Source of the DNA: an uncultured Gemmatimonadales bacterium
Lineage (GTDB): Bacteria > Gemmatimonadota > Gemmatimonadetes > Gemmatimonadales > Gemmatimonadaceae
Assembly (NCBI GenBank): GCA_963850905.1
Contig: CAWKMU010000003.1
Coordinates: 2,912,001 to 2,976,000 of the forward strand
Direction: 5' to 3'
DNA length: 64,000 nt
Below, one piece after another: positions 60,431 to 64,000 of the stretch; the stretch's first letter is position 1, and every line of letters starts with the position of its first letter. A program made the position numbers and the translations under genes. The notes under the pieces are model-generated. The model did not search any database. It was not told the origin of the DNA and was given only the letters and a program-made list of their open reading frames with translations.

Positions 60431-61384
60431 ATGGTGCCTCGCGTGTGGGCAGCGGCATCTCGCGCCGCAACTGCGACGGCCCTGGTCGCTGCGGGGTCGG
60501 CAGTGGCCTGGATCCTGTGGCGCAGCCGGGTCGACAACACCGTTGGGTACGAAGGAAAGAGCGCGGCGGACTGGGTTTCGGCGAGCGCGGCGCGAGACCC
60601 CGCGACCAGGGCCAAAGCCGCCTACGCCCTGACGCAGGTCACGTTCCCAACACTTGCTGAACGGCGCGCGGCGCTCACGGCGGAGGCTCACCTTCTGAGC
60701 GATGCCGAAGATGATGTTCGGAGCGAAGCCACGAATGCCCTAATCGACGTTGCGCAAAAGGATGTGGACGCTGCCAGCGTCGTCTCGATCACGGCTGAAT
60801 ACCTGCGAGGCGGCACACCGCCTGACACGCGCGTTGCAGCGCTTCGGGTGCTGCGGGCAATTGGACGTCCGGCCAGAGTCGCCGAACCCACGATTGCCGA
60901 TCTCCTCTACGCGTCATCTTCCTCCATTCGCGCTGCCGCGATCGTCACCCTGGCCAATGTTGGAGCCAGCGACTCTGGAACGATCTCGGCAGTGGCAAGC
61001 ATGGTCAGTGATCACGACAGTCCCGTACGGGAGGCGGCGCTGAGTGGCTTGATGCAGCTCGAGGCGGCTGCCTCCGTTGTGCTGCCAGTCGTGATCCCAG
61101 CGCTGGCCGATAGCGCGCCGTCCGTGCGCGAGCAGGCCGCGTACACCCTCGGCGCCCTGCGTCCGGTGCCGGACGCCGCCATCCCTCCCCTGGGTCGCGT
61201 CCTCCGGGATCCCGTGTGGGGCGTTCGTCTCGCGGCCGCCGATGCGCTCGGCCATGCGCTGCCGGCCGAAGCCGCGCGCGACGCGCTCGAGCGGGCTGCT
61301 CGAGATCCCGACTCCGCTGTGGGTGCATCGGCTCGCTCGGTGCTCGTCCGCTCCGGAGCGATACCTCCCGGCTCCAGCCAGTGA
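60431..61384 (+). CDS. Membrane-anchored HEAT-repeat protein
   Basis: N-terminal TM helix; repeated L.D....VR..AA.ALG units. Confidence 0.82.
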   Translation: MVPRVWAAASRAATATALVAAGSAVAWILWRSRVDNTVGYEGKSAADWVSASAARDPATRAKAAYALTQVTFPTLAERRAALTAEAHLLSDAEDDVRSEATNALIDVAQKDVDAASVVSITAEYLRGGTPPDTRVAALRVLRAIGRPARVAEPTIADLLYASSSSIRAAAIVTLANVGASDSGTISAVASMVSDHDSPVREAALSGLMQLEAAASVVLPVVIPALADSAPSVREQAAYTLGALRPVPDAAIPPLGRVLRDPVWGVRLAAADALGHALPAEAARDALERAARDPDSAVGASARSVLVRSGAIPPGSSQ

Positions 61385-61456
61385 TGGTGCGGGGCGACCG
61401 TTCGTTGGAAATAAAGGCAGCTTTCGTCCGTCGGGACTACTTCGCTCAAGTGGCAG

Positions 61457-61669
61457 TTGCTGGGCAGCGACCTCGGCGCCTTCGTAGAGACGGCGCGGAT
61501 CGCGCATCGGTGCCGGGCGACCATTCGTTTCAACTTTATCGGAACCCTGTCTGTCGATGCCTTGGGCGTGGCCCTCGCCGCCTTTGGCCGTCTCAATCCG
61601 CTCATGGCCACGTTCATCCACGTGACCTCTGAGCTCACCTGCATTCTGAACTCAGCCCGGCTCCTCCCC
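61457..61669 (+). pseudogene. C-terminal fragment of a heavy-metal P1B-type ATPase
   Basis: LLGSDL...RATIRFNF...ALAAFGRLNP...HVTSEL..ILNSARLL; no upstream ATPase domains. Confidence 0.78.
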
Positions 61670-61697
61670 TCGGCCCCGCCTTCGGCGTCGACGTCGG

Positions 61698-64000
61698 TCA
61701 CTGCTGGAGGGTTACCCGCAGGTTGATACTCCGCGGTCGTCCGATCGACGGGCCGCTCGTGAAGGCACCTTTCAATATGTAGTGGAGGTTGAATAGGTTT
61801 TCGACGGCGAGCTCGGACCGCACGCTGGTGCGGCCGACGGTGAGGACCGTGCCGACGCTCGGGTTGAAGATCGTGCTCGGCGCGACCTTGACGGCTGGGT
61901 TGAAGTCGAACAGGCCGGTGTGGTTTGGTGCTGCCGTGGGGTCGCCGCTGGTCAAACCGGATCCGAAGATTACCGTCATGCTCGCGTATCCCCAACGCCA
62001 GTTGTAATCGCCGTCGGCGGTGATCGACAGTCGCTGGTCGTGGTCCTGGTCGAACCAGCCGGTCGGGTATGCAGTGGGGAAGAATCCGCCTGTGATCGGT
62101 CCATGCGCCGACGCGTGACTGAGCGCGGCATTCAGGTAACCGGACAGCGGTCCGCCTGGGTGGACCTCGATCACCGACTCGAGCCCGGTCACGTGCACGA
62201 GTCCGATGTTCACAGTCGTGGTGAGCGCCGTTCCCGGCAGTGTATTGTCGTCGATCGCAGGCGAATCGTCGCGGAAGTAGCCGACGAATTTCGTGACGAC
62301 GCCACTCGGAAACCGGTGCGCCAAACCCGTCTCATAATACGAATCGCGTTCGGGCACGGTCGGCAGACCCACCTTGCCGGTGTCCGCTGCAGACGCGAGC
62401 ACGTGGAAGTCCTCGACGTTGGATGGGATGAACAGTCGACCGAAATACGCCCACACGGTGGTGCCTGGGGACGGGAACCAGTTGAGGCGAATCCGTGGGC
62501 TGACTTGGTGGATGTCTCCCGCCAGCGGCGCGACGTGGTGATCGAGTCGTACCCCGGTCCGTAGCTCCCAGTTGGGGGAGGGGTCGAATACCGATTCCAC
62601 GTACCCGCCGGCGTCGCCGCCTCGCACGTTCGCATTGACCGATGGGCCCGGACGCTCGAGGGAATCAACAGTGTTGAAATCTTCGCGTCCCTCGACCAGC
62701 GACGCATCAAACCCGGTCTGGACCCTGAGGATTCGGGGGACGACAGGGAAAGAGAGATCGCTCTTGAGACCTACCGTTGTCGCCGAGCGTCGTTCACTCA
62801 CATTGTAGCGGTCAGTCGTGTCCGGATAGAAGATGAAACTGGCCGAATCGTTCGCGCCCGGCACATAGTTGAGAGTGCTGCGCCGCAGGTACAGGGCCGT
62901 GAACAGCTGCGCACTGTGCGTCACCACCGGCCCCCCGCTGGCGTCCGTCGCGAATTGGTGGCGCCACGCAAGGTTCGCGAAGCCGTTCTCGTCGGTCTGG
63001 TTGTCGTTGATGACACCAATGCTCGAGTCGAACGGCACCTGAAAGTGCGTCCGTGACCCGTTGAGATCGAGCGTCACGAGGTCGCGCGCGGATGGCGTGT
63101 ACTGGACCTTGCCAAACCCGAACTCATCTTGTCCCGCATTGTGGAAGTTGATCGGCACGTTCCCAGGGCCCGCCTGGACCGGCTCTCGACGCATCTCGGT
63201 TTCCTGTCGCGTGGCCGAAAGCAGGAAGCCGAGTGGCCCGCTGTTCGTGCTCACGAGCACCGTCTGGCCATTACTGGCAAACGAGCCTTGGTAGGCCGAC
63301 AGCTCGGAGTGCCACCCGCCAGTGGGCACGCGCGTCGCCACGTTGATGACGGCGATGTTCTTGTTGCCGTACTCTGCGTCCCACGCGCCCGTCTGGAAAT
63401 CGATCCGGTCCACGACTGTCGGGTCGAACAGCTCGTTCAGAGTGCCCGAGATGCTGGCCGGCACTGGGACTCCGTCGATGTAATAGGTATACTCCGCGTG
63501 TTGCCCGCGGATGTGTACTTCGCCGGTCGGCGCACGCGCCGCACCGGCGATCGACTGCTGGACGATCTGTGAGGTCGTCGTCGTTGGCGCGCCATGGAAG
63601 TCGCTCTGCTGGAACGTCTGGTCGCCAGTGTGCGTATCGACCGCGACCGAGGCGCCCGCGGTGACCGTGACTGGCGAGAGTTGGGAGGCGACCGATACCA
63701 GGCGCACATCGACACGCACGAGGCGCGCGGAGTCCGTCAGGGCGATCGTCCGCGTGGCAGCGGCGTAGCCCAGCCTGCGGGCGCGGAGCTCATACGCGCC
63801 GCTTCGTGCGGCACGCAGGGCATAGTTGCCCCCCGAATCAGAGCGCGTCGTGACCACGGTTGCGCCCTGACGCGACAGAGTGATGATCACCGAACTGACG
63901 GGCGAGTTCGAGGCGCTATCGCTCACCCGGCCCGTGATCCGCCATTGGCCCGACGGGCGAGTCGCGGCAGTACCGCCAGACGCTTGTTGGGCCCTCGCGA
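61698..64000 (-). CDS. TonB-dependent receptor, 5' end beyond the window
   Basis: Carboxypeptidase-like N domain, plug (HIRGQH, YYIDGVP, TGAWDAEYG), ENLFN, PRS; frame open to the window edge. Confidence 0.88.
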   Translation of the reverse strand, partial: ARAQQASGGTAATRPSGQWRITGRVSDSASNSPVSSVIITLSRQGATVVTTRSDSGGNYALRAARSGAYELRARRLGYAAATRTIALTDSARLVRVDVRLVSVASQLSPVTVTAGASVAVDTHTGDQTFQQSDFHGAPTTTTSQIVQQSIAGAARAPTGEVHIRGQHAEYTYYIDGVPVPASISGTLNELFDPTVVDRIDFQTGAWDAEYGNKNIAVINVATRVPTGGWHSELSAYQGSFASNGQTVLVSTNSGPLGFLLSATRQETEMRREPVQAGPGNVPINFHNAGQDEFGFGKVQYTPSARDLVTLDLNGSRTHFQVPFDSSIGVINDNQTDENGFANLAWRHQFATDASGGPVVTHSAQLFTALYLRRSTLNYVPGANDSASFIFYPDTTDRYNVSERRSATTVGLKSDLSFPVVPRILRVQTGFDASLVEGREDFNTVDSLERPGPSVNANVRGGDAGGYVESVFDPSPNWELRTGVRLDHHVAPLAGDIHQVSPRIRLNWFPSPGTTVWAYFGRLFIPSNVEDFHVLASAADTGKVGLPTVPERDSYYETGLAHRFPSGVVTKFVGYFRDDSPAIDDNTLPGTALTTTVNIGLVHVTGLESVIEVHPGGPLSGYLNAALSHASAHGPITGGFFPTAYPTGWFDQDHDQRLSITADGDYNWRWGYASMTVIFGSGLTSGDPTAAPNHTGLFDFNPAVKVAPSTIFNPSVGTVLTVGRTSVRSELAVENLFNLHYILKGAFTSGPSIGRPRSINLRVTLQQ

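Overview
High-GC chromosomal window, probably from a Gemmatimonadota bacterium (inferred from the SusC/SusD pair, LVIVD proteins and a T9SS-CTD/FlgD-like protein). 1-15.4 kb is mostly core: an intact IS1202-family (ISNCY) element with a 16-bp target duplication, a cobalamin riboswitch with a btuFCD-btuB operon, then recO, selB, clpB and tadA. The best find is at 16.5-19.0 kb: two fluoride (crcB-motif) riboswitches face each other. One controls a CPA2 cation:proton antiporter through a terminator. The other sits before an uncharacterised protein plus DUF190. No Fluc/CrcB or CLC-F exporter is present in the window. A peptide/amino-acid scavenging block lies between two tRNA-Ser genes. After the second tRNA is a ~32-kb mosaic: secreted RidA paralogs beside a two-component system, a duplicated and apparently inverted DUF305-LVIVD module around SusCD, three beta-barrel genes, a metal-homeostasis cluster and many gene or IS fragments. 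No CRISPR array, integrase or rRNA was seen. All family calls come from reading motifs by eye, without database searches.
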